Part shown: positions 11,901-20,511 of the stretch, piece by piece | Numbering within the stretch: position 1 is the first letter of the stretch | Layout of the letters: each line of letters opens with the position of its first letter | From: Bacteroidia bacterium | GTDB taxonomy: Bacteria > Bacteroidota > Bacteroidia > Palsa-965 | NCBI GenBank assembly: GCA_044344795.1 | Contig: JBIJCF010000009.1 | Coordinates: 13,630 to 77,629 of the forward strand | Reading direction: 5' to 3' | Length of the DNA stretch: 64,000 bases | Notes under the pieces: model-generated | What the model was told of the DNA's origin: nothing | Database searches by the model: none | The model's input: only the letters and a program-made list of their open reading frames with translations | Program-made: the position numbers and the translations under genes

Positions 11901-12123
11901 CGGACAAGGACTCATGAATTATCATTTCCGCATTCCGATGAGCATGGTGACGGAAGTCAGTAAGAATGCCATTTTCGGCAAGAAAGGACAGGATAGTGGT
12001 GGTGATGATGAAATTCAATACATGGAATACGATAAGAATGTGCGCTTCCTGCACATTCAAATGACCGGCACTTCGGATAATTTGCAAGTGAAGCCCGTGC
12101 GGCCGAGGAAAAAAAAGAAATGA
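8938..12123 (+). CDS. AsmA-family/TamB-like large envelope assembly protein (N-terminal membrane anchor, long beta-rich body)
   Basis: 1061 aa. Single N-terminal TM helix (VFIALVLPMLLFVTAIAIVYF). Long repetitive beta-strand-rich sequence without enzymatic motifs. Architecture is typical of the AsmA-like family. Confidence 0.5.
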   Translation: MTAFLRSKKFWKRTVFIALVLPMLLFVTAIAIVYFNQQKIAQHILEEVNSGIRGRVTMSYSSVAPFADFPYITVDLHDVRLFKDKQTNVEPIADIDHVFVGFDIWSVTAGTFELGAIKLKNGKLLIIQHKDGTTNVANVFESLEVDTASTTAGTKIDLRSVKLDSVDVHKINEATGLQVDALIHQAKAGVSMSDDHFDVELDAKSTVTILMEDDTTFLHDKHVDLITGIRIDHKKGKLDFDHSIVKIEGAEIEMKGGVDLLDDINMNLTFEGNKPNFELFMAFAPPELQPFLAQYDNRGKIYFNCSLKGKTLNGQQPAINAKFGCEQAYFANTNTNKKLDQMHFAGSFTNGDSLNLSTMEFRLNDFFAKPDAGEFSGDLVVKNFEAPDIDLSLKSDFDLEFLTKFLNVESLQNLKGRVLLSMKFHDLIDPKHPERSVEKLNESYETELTVSKLSFKSPDFYLPLQNLDLKAHMDGHTALIDYCNVQVGNSDVSLSGSVSDLPAIIHHTSDQVESKLRISSKKLDLFQLTSNDTVNKKPFKEVIRNFSMGLHFVSSAKAFTESPNLPIGEFFIDNLYADMQNYPHRLHDFHADVIIDTIDFNVIDFTGIIDESDFHFNGKLSRYDMWFMEHPKGDTRLEFDLTSKLLQLDNLFSYNGANYVPEDWRHEELRGFKFHGHADLHFNEGLQSTDLYMDRVDASLKVHPLKLERFSGRFHLEQEQLTVTSCQGKAGKSDWKMDMDYFLGKDEKKRKKKDRLVFQSGVLDFDELFSYVHPKAEAREGSAHDSVFNIYTVPFPDMDYQLSIGRMNYHKYLLTGVNAKLHTTKNHYLYIDTLSMGIAGGTMHMNGYFDGTDPKKIYFNPIIKTDKVQLDQLLFKFDNFGQDYMLSNNLHGQLTSTITGKIRTHADLVPILEESDISIGATVYNGRLENYAPFEALAPYFPDKNLKQVRFDTLSNTFQVKNGKLIIPNMTINSTLGYLQMDGEQEMVGQGLMNYHFRIPMSMVTEVSKNAIFGKKGQDSGGDDEIQYMEYDKNVRFLHIQMTGTSDNLQVKPVRPRKKKK

Positions 12124-12163
12124 GTTCCATATATCTTTTTGATTATTCGGCGTTATACCTAAC

Positions 12164-13852
12164 ATGAGAAAATTTCTTGCACTACTACTAGTTTATTCTT
12201 TAGGTCATTATTTGTTGGCTCAACAAATTGAGTTACGTTCCGGGAATCAAGGATTTATACGTTTTCGTCATGAGCGCAGCGGCGTGCTCACTCCCGATGC
12301 GAAAGACGGGAAGGTTTGGAATTTTACTCCGTTTGCGACTACGCGTACATCGCGAATGATGGTTACTGTTCCCGAATATTTACGTCCGACGCTGGCGATG
12401 GAAGACTGCGTGTGGTTTGATTTTGCACATAGTATTAACGGAGGTGTCGGCGAACGTTACGGTGGAGGAGCAATGGCCATTACGGGTGAACTTGCACAAG
12501 CGCCGAATACGAATCCGCAGTTCTTACCGGCATCCTTGCGGTTTTATATGGACACCGCATATACGAAAATGAGTTACGACCAAACAATATGGACGGACAC
12601 CATTGCGCCGAACGTGTTGTTGCCGTACTTCCAACCTTTTTACTTCCGCAAATACGAAGTCACCAATAAGGAATATCGGGAGTTTGTTTATGCCGTTCGC
12701 GATTCCATTATGCGTGAACGTTTGGGCTATCGTACTGCTAACGGACGTATCGACTATGCTCGAAAAATTAATTATGATGACACGGCAGTGCGTAACAAGA
12801 GCAAAATGTTTCTGCCTCCGGGAGAACGCTTCTATGCGCGTCCGCAGGTGGATGAACGTCAACTCAATTACACCTACGTTAATGCTGCAACAGGACTTAA
12901 GGTTACGAGAAATATTTATCCGGATACTACCAGTTGGTTAACGGACTTTACCTTCTCGTATAACGAACCTATGAGTAATATGTACTTCTGGCATCCGGCG
13001 TACGACGATTATCCCGTGGTGGGTGTGAGTTATATGCAAGCACAAGCGTACTTGCATTGGAAAACCCGGCAACTCAATCGCGCCTGGAAAACCAAAGGAC
13101 AATCCGGAACGTTGCGTTGTACATTGCCTTCGGAGCGACAGTGGGATTTAGTAAGCACGGTTACTAAAAAGGAAAAAGCGTGGCAGTTCTTTTCGGATAA
13201 TTACCATGATTGGGCCGATGTGAGCTGGAATACCGATTTGGTCGTTTACCTCGATGACAAAAAGCAGGTAACCGTCTATGGTACTGCATACAAGAAGGGC
13301 CAAGACAAACCTGAAACGATGTATTATTCCGCGCAAACACACGATCCTATGCGTCGCTACTTGTTGCGTCATCAAACTACGCCCGGAAATTTTACCCACG
13401 ACGGCGCGTTTCATACCTCCACCGTATCGTTTAACGAAAAGGCGGTAAGCATTGATGGTGTAACCATTCGCGGCAAGCACTACAAACGCAACGACGTGCC
13501 TGAGTTGATGCAACAACATCGCGATCCATACACCGGTATTTATTTTTTGGATGGTAATGTGAGTGAGTGGATGAGTGATGCCGAAAGCGGCTGGAAACGC
13601 ACATTTACACAACATCAACAAGCACGCGCAACACCCGTGCAGCGTCAGCAGGAACTTGTGTGGGAATTTGAAAAATACTATTTCGAACAATTACCCGCCA
13701 TAGGACAACTGGTGCGCGGCGCCAATTGGTTTGACGAACGTTACAGCAACATCGCAGGTCGCAATGCCGCAGGTGCCCAATGCAAAACCTTTTTACCCGA
13801 AGACGCGCAGCATTGCACGGTTGGGTTTAGGTATGTGGTGTGGGTGGAGTGA
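12164..13852 (+). CDS. GldJ/GldK-like protein with formylglycine-generating-enzyme (SUMF1) fold; probable gliding/T9SS-associated
   Basis: 562 aa, close to GldJ size. Signal peptide (MRKFLALLLVYSLGHYLLAQQ). FGE-sulfatase-domain-like motifs (YMQAQAYLHW..., GIYFLDGNVSEWMSD). No lipobox Cys, so a GldJ assignment is tentative. Confidence 0.45.
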   Translation: MRKFLALLLVYSLGHYLLAQQIELRSGNQGFIRFRHERSGVLTPDAKDGKVWNFTPFATTRTSRMMVTVPEYLRPTLAMEDCVWFDFAHSINGGVGERYGGGAMAITGELAQAPNTNPQFLPASLRFYMDTAYTKMSYDQTIWTDTIAPNVLLPYFQPFYFRKYEVTNKEYREFVYAVRDSIMRERLGYRTANGRIDYARKINYDDTAVRNKSKMFLPPGERFYARPQVDERQLNYTYVNAATGLKVTRNIYPDTTSWLTDFTFSYNEPMSNMYFWHPAYDDYPVVGVSYMQAQAYLHWKTRQLNRAWKTKGQSGTLRCTLPSERQWDLVSTVTKKEKAWQFFSDNYHDWADVSWNTDLVVYLDDKKQVTVYGTAYKKGQDKPETMYYSAQTHDPMRRYLLRHQTTPGNFTHDGAFHTSTVSFNEKAVSIDGVTIRGKHYKRNDVPELMQQHRDPYTGIYFLDGNVSEWMSDAESGWKRTFTQHQQARATPVQRQQELVWEFEKYYFEQLPAIGQLVRGANWFDERYSNIAGRNAAGAQCKTFLPEDAQHCTVGFRYVVWVE

Positions 13853-13872
13853 AACAGGGAAACTGCAAGAGA

Positions 13873-13915
13873 TGTATTTCGCATTTCGCATTTCGCATTT
13901 CGCGAAATGCGAAAA
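13873..13915. repeat. Four tandem gcatttc heptamers ending in a perfect 24-bp palindrome tttcgcatttcg/cgaaatgcgaaa
   Basis: Read directly: tatttcgcatttcgcatttcgcatttcgcgaaatgcgaaaaat. It lies in the convergent intergenic region downstream of the GldJ-like gene. No T-run follows on the + strand. Confidence 0.7.
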
Positions 13916-14203
13916 ATATGTGAGTGCCTTATTTCTATTGGTCAAACAACCATGAAGTTGAGTGCTTCTATTTCCTTAAGTCGGAATTCGGACATGACAC
14001 AACTAAATGCCACTGCATCGTTGCCCCACTGATGTGCGTCATACGAATGGTGATTTAAAATAACTGCTAACGGTTTGCGGCTACAAGAAGTTTGCGATTT
14101 CGAAGCACAAAACTGTCTACCACCATTGTCTTTGATACGAAGCACAAAGCTTCAATTAACCACTGAACCGCCAATTTCTTCTCGGTGCTGTTATGCCTAG
14201 TAT

Positions 14204-14734
14204 TTAAATTGATCTATCGTAAAGTTCCTTCCATCGAAGGTCAGTCTGTTGATCAACCCAATGTTTTGTTTTAAATCCTCCATTCCTTAAATTTTGATTA
14301 ATAAATCGACCAAGTCCAGGAGTATATTGAATAGAATTGTTTGAGTTTATTTTTGCGTAAATACCATCAGACAATTTAAAAACGCCATTCAATCCCTTAA
14401 ATGTGAAACCATCTATGTTACCTGCTGGTACTTGGCCATATTCCAAAACAGATAGGCCGCCGTTTTCACCGATTATGTGTACTGGGAAATTGCATTTGTT
14501 TCTAATCAGTCGGCCCCCCTTTACAACGTCTATTAATTGAAATGCACTACCAATAAGTATACCTATTCCTAGGAATAGTGCTGCAGGATTTTCGTCCCCG
14601 CGTTTTAAAACTATTGCAGACCCAACTGCTAGACCAGCTGTAAATCTTGTGTAAGGATCCAAACTTGATTCAGTCAACTTTAACATGGAATAAGATGTTC
14701 CAGCGGAAATTGCTGTTATTGTTTTGTTCTTCAT
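14204..14734 (-). CDS. Hypothetical protein, paralog A of an uncharacterized family (Gly/hydrophobic N-terminal segment, conserved C-terminus WVDQQTDLRWKELY)
   Basis: 176-aa ORF. About 50% identical to the adjacent 174-aa ORF along its whole length. Shared motifs include GLTFKGLNGVFK, FINQNLRNGG and KxWVDQQTDLRWKELY. No recognizable domain. Confidence 0.6.
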   Translation of the reverse strand: MKNKTITAISAGTSYSMLKLTESSLDPYTRFTAGLAVGSAIVLKRGDENPAALFLGIGILIGSAFQLIDVVKGGRLIRNKCNFPVHIIGENGGLSVLEYGQVPAGNIDGFTFKGLNGVFKLSDGIYAKINSNNSIQYTPGLGRFINQNLRNGGFKTKHWVDQQTDLRWKELYDRSI

Positions 14735-14946
14735 TTCTTTCTTTTTATAAATTTAATGTACACATATTTTGCCAATTATAGTTTCTGACGATATGTCCTA
14801 ATATTGGGCATATCGGTTGGCAGATTTGCGATGGGCGGGTCTTTTAAGCACAAATGTTGATGCGGAGAGCCGCACTTTCGCATACCACAAAACTGTCTGC
14901 GGAGCTCGAAACCCCGCCTATTGCAAATGTGCTGTTATGCCCAGTA

Positions 14947-15471
14947 TTAAATTGATTTTCTGTATAATTCTTTCCAACGAAGATCGGTTTGCTGGTCAAC
15001 CCATTGTTTTGACTTATAGCCACCATCTCTTAAATTCTGATTTATTAGCTTCCCAAATCCAATCGAATAATTGATACTACTGTCCTTCCCCAATTCAACG
15101 TATACACCATCAGACACTTTAAAAACACCATTTAAACCTTTGAAAGTTAATCCATCAATGGAAACACTTGGCGTTTGACCAGGCTCTAATATTGTCACGC
15201 CTTGATTCTCGTCTAAAATATAAAATCGAATATTTGAATCATTCCGCGTTATTTTTCCTCCTTTCTTTATGTCTAACAACTGAAGTAAAGATGCAATACC
15301 AAGCCCAAAACCAATATTTCTGGTCGTTTGGTTTTCCGACAGGGATAAACCTACTGTTGCAAGAAGTCCTAATGACGATCTTGTGAAAGGGTCAATCTTA
15401 TTTTCAAGCGTTTTAAGCCCAGCATATGACACGGCACTGGAGGTAGTTATTGTTAATTGTTTCTTTTTCAT
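14947..15471 (-). CDS. Hypothetical protein, paralog B of the same uncharacterized family
   Basis: 174-aa ORF collinear with paralog A. The 3' flanking DNA is also duplicated (ttaaattgat...tcaacccaatgttttg motif in both). Confidence 0.6.
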   Translation of the reverse strand: MKKKQLTITTSSAVSYAGLKTLENKIDPFTRSSLGLLATVGLSLSENQTTRNIGFGLGIASLLQLLDIKKGGKITRNDSNIRFYILDENQGVTILEPGQTPSVSIDGLTFKGLNGVFKVSDGVYVELGKDSSINYSIGFGKLINQNLRDGGYKSKQWVDQQTDLRWKELYRKSI

Positions 15472-15780
15472 TTTGTTTTATTAACTATGAATCAATATTT
15501 ATTCCACTTTAATCTATCTGACATATTGTCATTTGGCTAAAAGCCGAAACTTAAAACTTAATTTATCTTTACTGTCTTTGAAATATTGGGCATAAGGTGT
15601 GTATATGCGAAACAAAACTTCCCTCTACACCGCATCCACTAATTTCCTTTCGTCCCTGCAATTTATTCCATTCTAATTTTAATTGAAATTAATCTCCTTC
15701 ACTATTTACCGTTTCTTTTCAACATCGTCCTGCTTTAACTATAATTACAATACTTCAAATTGCTTATTAAAACTCTTACT

Positions 15781-15825
15781 ACCGACTACAAACACCTACA
15801 CCCGAATACAATCGGAGAAACGTAG
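15781..15825. repeat. 45-bp direct repeat, copy 1 (accgactacaaacacctacacccgaatacaatcggagaaacgtag)
   Basis: Matches 19038..19082 at 43 of 45 positions. Lies 87 bp downstream of the P-type ATPase stop, in a 440-bp AT-rich non-coding stretch. Confidence 0.8.
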
Positions 15826-15911
15826 CACGCAAAATACTTGCGATAATTATCGGAATCGCCGCATCTGCACTTCTCTTGACGTATTCGGAGTTGCGCTTAC
15901 AGAAATGCAAT

Positions 15912-18380
15912 TCATTGCAAACGTCGCCACCATTTCAACACTTCCAGAATGGCTAGCAATGCGCTTGCACCTATTATCGAAATGTACAGGTGCTGAAAAC
16001 CGGGAAAAGAAAAGCTGAATACCTGACTTAATGCGGGAATGGCAATGGCAAGAAAAAGTATGGTTAATGCGATGAAGACGATAATTAAAACGGCGATGTT
16101 CTTCTCGCGGAGGACTGCTACAAAACTACGCGTGTCGGATAAAGACGAGAGTATTAGAAATACATTGCCGATGATTAGTGCAGAAAATGCAATGACACGA
16201 ACTTCAGCATCGGAGTGCGATTCGTGAATGGAAATGAAATAAACGCTTATTATCATGCCGAGTAGCAAGAGTCCTTTCGTGAAACTGTAGAGGATTTTTT
16301 TCCAGCCGAAAAACCGTTCCTCGGCTTTACGCGGAGGACGTTGCATAATGCCGCGTTCTTCTTGCTCCGACTCAAACGCAATGGCGCAAACGGGATCGAT
16401 GATGAGCTCCAGAAATACAATGTGTAGCGGCATGAGCAAGATGGGCAACCACGAAAAGAAGGCAGGCAATAACACCAACCCGATAATGGGAATATGAATG
16501 GCAATGATGTACGACATGGCTTTCTGCAAATTGTCGAAGATGCGCCGCCCTGAACGAACCGCATGCACAATAGAAGTGAAGTTGTCGTCGAGTAAAACTA
16601 AGGACGACGCTTCTCGTGCAACGTCGGTTCCTTTTTGTCCCATCGCCACGCCAATGTCAGCGGCTTTCAGCGCAGGTGCATCGTTAACGCCATCGCCTGT
16701 CATGGCTACAATTTCTCCGCTGGCTTTTAAGGCTTGAATGATGCGCAACTTTTGTTCCGGAACAATTCGCGCGAAGACGTTGGTGGTTTGCATGCGTTCC
16801 TGCAATACTGCCGGGGAAAGTGCTTGAAGTTCGGAACCTGTTAATACCCGATCGGGATGTTGTAAACCGATTTGTTGCGCGATACTTTGTGCCGTTGCGG
16901 GATAATCGCCGGTTATCATGATAACACGAATGCCCGCTTCGTAACATTCGCGAATTGCTTGAGGAACTTCGGGACGAATAGGATCTTCAAACGCGACGAG
17001 TCCGCTGAATGTAAATGCGAATTCCTGCTGATGATCGGGGAGTGATGCTGCCCCAACAGTGGCTTGTGCAGCGGCCAATACACGATAACCGGATGCTGCT
17101 AATGTTTGAACCACTTCCAATAACGAACGTTGCGTGTCGGATGTTAAGCGACACAAATTAAAAACAGCTTCAGGCGCTCCTTTGCAATGCGCTTCAGCGG
17201 TTTGACTTGCTGCAGGACGCAGTACTCGGGTCATGGCGGGTACATCTTTACTCAAGGGATATTCACGCAGCACTTGCTGTGCACCGGTCGCATTGGCGTG
17301 CTGTTCGAATTCTTGTGTAATGGCTTTCTCCATCGGATCGATGGAGTTAACGGCCGATGCTCCGTGTAGCACACGCAGCAACTCTTGAAGTGAGGCGCGT
17401 TGTGCATGGAATTCGTTCTTGTGAAAAATGGTTTGCCCGTTGTACAGCGCGGCAATTTCCATTTTGTTTTGTGTGATGGTGCCTGTTTTATCGCTGCACA
17501 AAACGGTCGCAGAGCCTAGTGTTTCAATTGCGGCAGGCTTACGCGTCAACACTTGATTTTTTGACAAGCGCCACGCACCCAAAGCCAGGAAGATGGTTAG
17601 CACCACCGGAAATTCTTCGGGCAACAGTGCCATTGCAGCGGCAAGTCCGTTGAGTATAGCGTTGAGAAATTCGCCTCGAGTGAGATAAAATGCCGTAATG
17701 ACACCCAAACTGATGATGGCTCCGGCAATAAATAAGTTGCGCACTAACTTTTTAATTTCTTGTTGCAAGCGTGTCGTGCCGCGGTCAATGACTTGTAAGG
17801 ATGCGCCGATTTTACCGAATTGTGTGCGAGCGCCCGTGTGTTCCATCCGTGCGACTCCTTTGCCTTGCACCACCAATGTTCCGCTAAACACCGGCGTTTC
17901 GTGCACTTCGTTTTTCAGCACAGGAACCGATTCGCCGGTAAGTATCGATTCATCTACCGTGAGGTGGTTGCTTTCGATGAGCACGCCATCCGCGGGAATG
18001 CGGTCGCCTTCATGAAGAATGACGATATCGCCCGGTACCACTTCACGTCCCGGAATACGTAATTCTGTGCCGTCACGAATAACGAGAGCACGCGGAGATG
18101 ACAGTTGGCGCAAGGCTTCCAGCGACTGTTCTGTTTTACGGTGCTGATAGAAGGTGATGAAGATGATGATCAACACCCAACACAATAAAATAATTCCTTC
18201 CGAGTAATCGCCCAACAACACATACACCGCGCCGCAACTTAGCAGTAGAATAAACATGGGTTCTTTCACTACTTCGAGTGCGATGTGCCACACCGTTTTT
18301 GGTTGGGCAGACGGCAGTTCGTTGTATCCGTATTGTTTTAAGCGTTGAGCCGCTTCACCGGCCGAAAGTCCTGCGTTCAT
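15912..18380 (-). CDS. Cation-translocating P-type ATPase (Ca2+/Mg2+-type, HAD superfamily)
   Basis: Phosphorylation motif CSDKTGTITQN. TGES motif (LTGESVPV). Hinge motif GDGVNDAPALKAADIGVAMG. MITGDYPATA. N-terminal cation-ATPase domain (EAAQRLKQYGYNELP). Ten predicted TM segments. Start chosen at MNAGLS (18380); the ORF is open to 18428. Confidence 0.9.
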   Translation of the reverse strand: MNAGLSAGEAAQRLKQYGYNELPSAQPKTVWHIALEVVKEPMFILLLSCGAVYVLLGDYSEGIILLCWVLIIIFITFYQHRKTEQSLEALRQLSSPRALVIRDGTELRIPGREVVPGDIVILHEGDRIPADGVLIESNHLTVDESILTGESVPVLKNEVHETPVFSGTLVVQGKGVARMEHTGARTQFGKIGASLQVIDRGTTRLQQEIKKLVRNLFIAGAIISLGVITAFYLTRGEFLNAILNGLAAAMALLPEEFPVVLTIFLALGAWRLSKNQVLTRKPAAIETLGSATVLCSDKTGTITQNKMEIAALYNGQTIFHKNEFHAQRASLQELLRVLHGASAVNSIDPMEKAITQEFEQHANATGAQQVLREYPLSKDVPAMTRVLRPAASQTAEAHCKGAPEAVFNLCRLTSDTQRSLLEVVQTLAASGYRVLAAAQATVGAASLPDHQQEFAFTFSGLVAFEDPIRPEVPQAIRECYEAGIRVIMITGDYPATAQSIAQQIGLQHPDRVLTGSELQALSPAVLQERMQTTNVFARIVPEQKLRIIQALKASGEIVAMTGDGVNDAPALKAADIGVAMGQKGTDVAREASSLVLLDDNFTSIVHAVRSGRRIFDNLQKAMSYIIAIHIPIIGLVLLPAFFSWLPILLMPLHIVFLELIIDPVCAIAFESEQEERGIMQRPPRKAEERFFGWKKILYSFTKGLLLLGMIISVYFISIHESHSDAEVRVIAFSALIIGNVFLILSSLSDTRSFVAVLREKNIAVLIIVFIALTILFLAIAIPALSQVFSFSFPGFQHLYISIIGASALLAILEVLKWWRRLQ

Positions 18381-18497
18381 GAATGATAGTGTGTACTTAC
18401 TACATGTAAAGAAAGTTGTTTTTGGCAAGTTAAAAGCTAAGCAAAATCATTTTTAGTACGAACCCGTTAAGATACCTTTGATACAAAATCAATTCTC

Positions 18498-18992
18498 ATG
18501 AACGAAGCACACTTACACCTCTTATTTAATCACTTGCCAATTGTGGGTGGTATTATTGGTACATCAATTTTAATTGCCGGTTTTTTATTGAAAAACAATA
18601 CCGTAGTAAAACAAACGGCTTTGGGTGTGTTGATTTTCTCCGGTTTAACTGCGGTTCCTGCATTTTTTACGGGAGAAGGTGCAGAGGAAGTGGTGGAAAA
18701 CATCGGGGGTATTTCTCATGATGTGATTGAAGCCCACGAAGATCTCGGAAAGTTGTTTTTCATTTTTATGATGATTGGAGGCGTGTTGTCTGTAATTACG
18801 CTCGTGGCAAGTATACGTAAACACAAGATGACGAACATGTTGTTTGCAATCGTCCTATTGCTGTCGCTGGTAGCGTGTGTAATGGCGCAGCGGGCGGGAA
18901 CAAGCGGTGGAGAGATTCGTCATACTGAAATTCGAAATGGTGCGTTGAATAACACCACTACGCCGGGGCAAGGAGAAGAGGAAGATGATTAA
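18498..18992 (+). CDS. Small integral membrane protein, function unknown; acidic C-terminal tail
   Basis: 164 aa with 4 hydrophobic helices (IVGGIIGTSILIAGFLL, GVLIFSGLTAVPAFF, FFIFMMIGGVLSVITLV, LFAIVLLLSLVACV). Divergent from the ATPase gene. Confidence 0.5.
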   Translation: MNEAHLHLLFNHLPIVGGIIGTSILIAGFLLKNNTVVKQTALGVLIFSGLTAVPAFFTGEGAEEVVENIGGISHDVIEAHEDLGKLFFIFMMIGGVLSVITLVASIRKHKMTNMLFAIVLLLSLVACVMAQRAGTSGGEIRHTEIRNGALNNTTTPGQGEEEDD

Positions 18993-19037
18993 TTGAGGGG
19001 AGATGATTTACGGCAAACGTTAAACTAAACTAATACA

Positions 19038-19082
19038 ACCGACTACAAACAAATACACCCGAATACAATCGGAGAAACGTAG
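19038..19082. repeat. 45-bp direct repeat, copy 2 (accgactacaaacaaatacacccgaatacaatcggagaaacgtag)
   Basis: Near-identical to 15781..15825. Lies between the small membrane protein stop and the ATG of the 19115 gene. Confidence 0.8.
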
Positions 19083-19114
19083 ATCGCATTCGTAAGCGCG
19101 ATTAGTTTCGCTGC

Positions 19115-20404
19115 ATGAACGAAGATTGGGTGCAAACAATTTGGAAGTACGGCTGGTTTAATCACGATGAACTGCGCACCACTACAGGTATTCCGGTGCA
19201 AGTGATTCATCCCGGCGAACAAAACTTTTCCTCCGGCCCGGATTTTAGTCGTGCACAACTGGCACTGGGATTTCAACTGTGGGCGGGAACGGTGGAAATT
19301 CATGTGAAGTCGTCGGACTGGAACAAACACCATCACACGCACGATCCGGCTTACAAGAATGTGATACTGCATGTGGTGTGGGAACACGATGATGAAATTA
19401 CCTTGCCTGATGGTCGTGTGTTGCCGGTGCTGGAATTGCAACACCGCGTGGATAGCGTGCTGCTGATGCAATGGGAACGATTGATGGCGTCGACAGGCGA
19501 TTTTCATTGCCGCAATTCCTGGGAGTTGGTGCCGCATTACGTCTTTCGGAAAGTGTTGGAAGAACAAGGCCTGGGCAGACTTGTAGAAAAATCTGACGAG
19601 CTGGAACGCTATGTTGGAAAAGGTTTGGAAGCCTTGCAGGAATTATTTTGGCAACGCGTGTTTGCTGCAGCAGGATCAAAACACAACAAAGAGGTGTTTG
19701 CGCAACTAGCGGTGCAACTACCGATGATGGAGTTAGAGCGGTTATCATTGTACGAACGCCTCGTGTTGTTGTGGGGCGCGTCGGGATTGTTGCATACGCG
19801 CAAGCGGGAAGAAGATCTTGAGTATTGGTGCGCCACATTCGAACGACTGCGAAAACGATTCGGTGTTACTGTTCTCTCGCCCGTGTGTTGGCGCTTCATG
19901 CGCGTGCGACCTGCAAATTATCCCACAGTGCGCATCGAACAATTGGCTGTGATTTTAGGAAGCGCTACCGAATTATGGTTGTACGTAACGCGAGGGGCGT
20001 GGGAACAATTTGCGGAAACGATGAACACGTTGTTACGACAAAGTGCGTTGATTAAATCAGCACAGTCATCGGTAACATCTCTTGTGCGTTTGATTTTGAT
20101 TAATGCCGTTGCGCCGATGATGTTGCTATTGGGACGTCAGCGTGAACAATCGAATTTGCAAGCTGCGTCGGTAGAGTTGTGGAATACTTTAAAAGCAGAA
20201 GAGCATCATTACACCACAACTTGGAAGGAACACGGCGTAACGTTGAAAAACGTAACTGAAAGTCAGGGTTGTATTCGTTTAGCGCGGGAATATTGCCGCC
20301 TCCGGTTTTGCGGGCATTGCGAAATCGGAAGAACGATTTTGGAATTGTCGAATTCGGGCATGGAGGAAACGGTGGATGCAGAGGAGCCGGGCAAATCGAG
20401 TTAG
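19115..20404 (+). CDS. Conserved Bacteroidetes hypothetical protein (DUF2851-like)
   Basis: 429-aa ORF. The His-rich N-terminal block (HVKSSDWNKHHHTHDPAYKNVILHVVWEHDD) is reminiscent of the DUF2851 family. No catalytic motif identified. Confidence 0.4.
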   Translation: MNEDWVQTIWKYGWFNHDELRTTTGIPVQVIHPGEQNFSSGPDFSRAQLALGFQLWAGTVEIHVKSSDWNKHHHTHDPAYKNVILHVVWEHDDEITLPDGRVLPVLELQHRVDSVLLMQWERLMASTGDFHCRNSWELVPHYVFRKVLEEQGLGRLVEKSDELERYVGKGLEALQELFWQRVFAAAGSKHNKEVFAQLAVQLPMMELERLSLYERLVLLWGASGLLHTRKREEDLEYWCATFERLRKRFGVTVLSPVCWRFMRVRPANYPTVRIEQLAVILGSATELWLYVTRGAWEQFAETMNTLLRQSALIKSAQSSVTSLVRLILINAVAPMMLLLGRQREQSNLQAASVELWNTLKAEEHHYTTTWKEHGVTLKNVTESQGCIRLAREYCRLRFCGHCEIGRTILELSNSGMEETVDAEEPGKSS

Positions 20405-20511
20405 GTTTTAGTGGGCGATAATTTGGTTTCCGTCAATCGAAAATTATAATCGGTCGATTTCGTGCTAACTTATTGTTAACCTACTCGTACACTCTTGAAA
20501 AGCACCCCACT

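Noticed and set aside
12603-13690. Internal ORFs (12603..12941 +, 13148..13690 -) within the GldJ-like gene
   Set aside because: Embedded out-of-frame or antisense in a long conserved ORF. They are shadow ORFs.
13942-14145. 67-aa minus-strand ORF in the region downstream of paralog A
   Set aside because: It lies within the duplicated 3' flank, and the equivalent region after paralog B has no conserved ORF. It is likely a chance ORF.
15683-16018. 111-aa plus-strand ORF covering repeat copy 1 and the ATPase 3' end
   Set aside because: Low-complexity (N/T/S-rich) product. It overlaps the ATPase stop region and has no coding signature. It is more likely non-coding sequence.
15781-19082. Calling the repeat-bracketed ATPase segment a mobile element
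   Set aside because: No integrase, transposase or terminal inverted repeats are present. It is reported as a finding (bracketing direct repeats) but not annotated as a mobile_element.
19398-20055. Antisense and alternate-frame ORFs (19398..19838, 19609..19899, 19825..20055) within the DUF2851-like gene
   Set aside because: Arg/Pro/Thr-rich low-complexity products typical of GC-skewed shadow frames. The sense-strand 429-aa ORF is the coherent gene.
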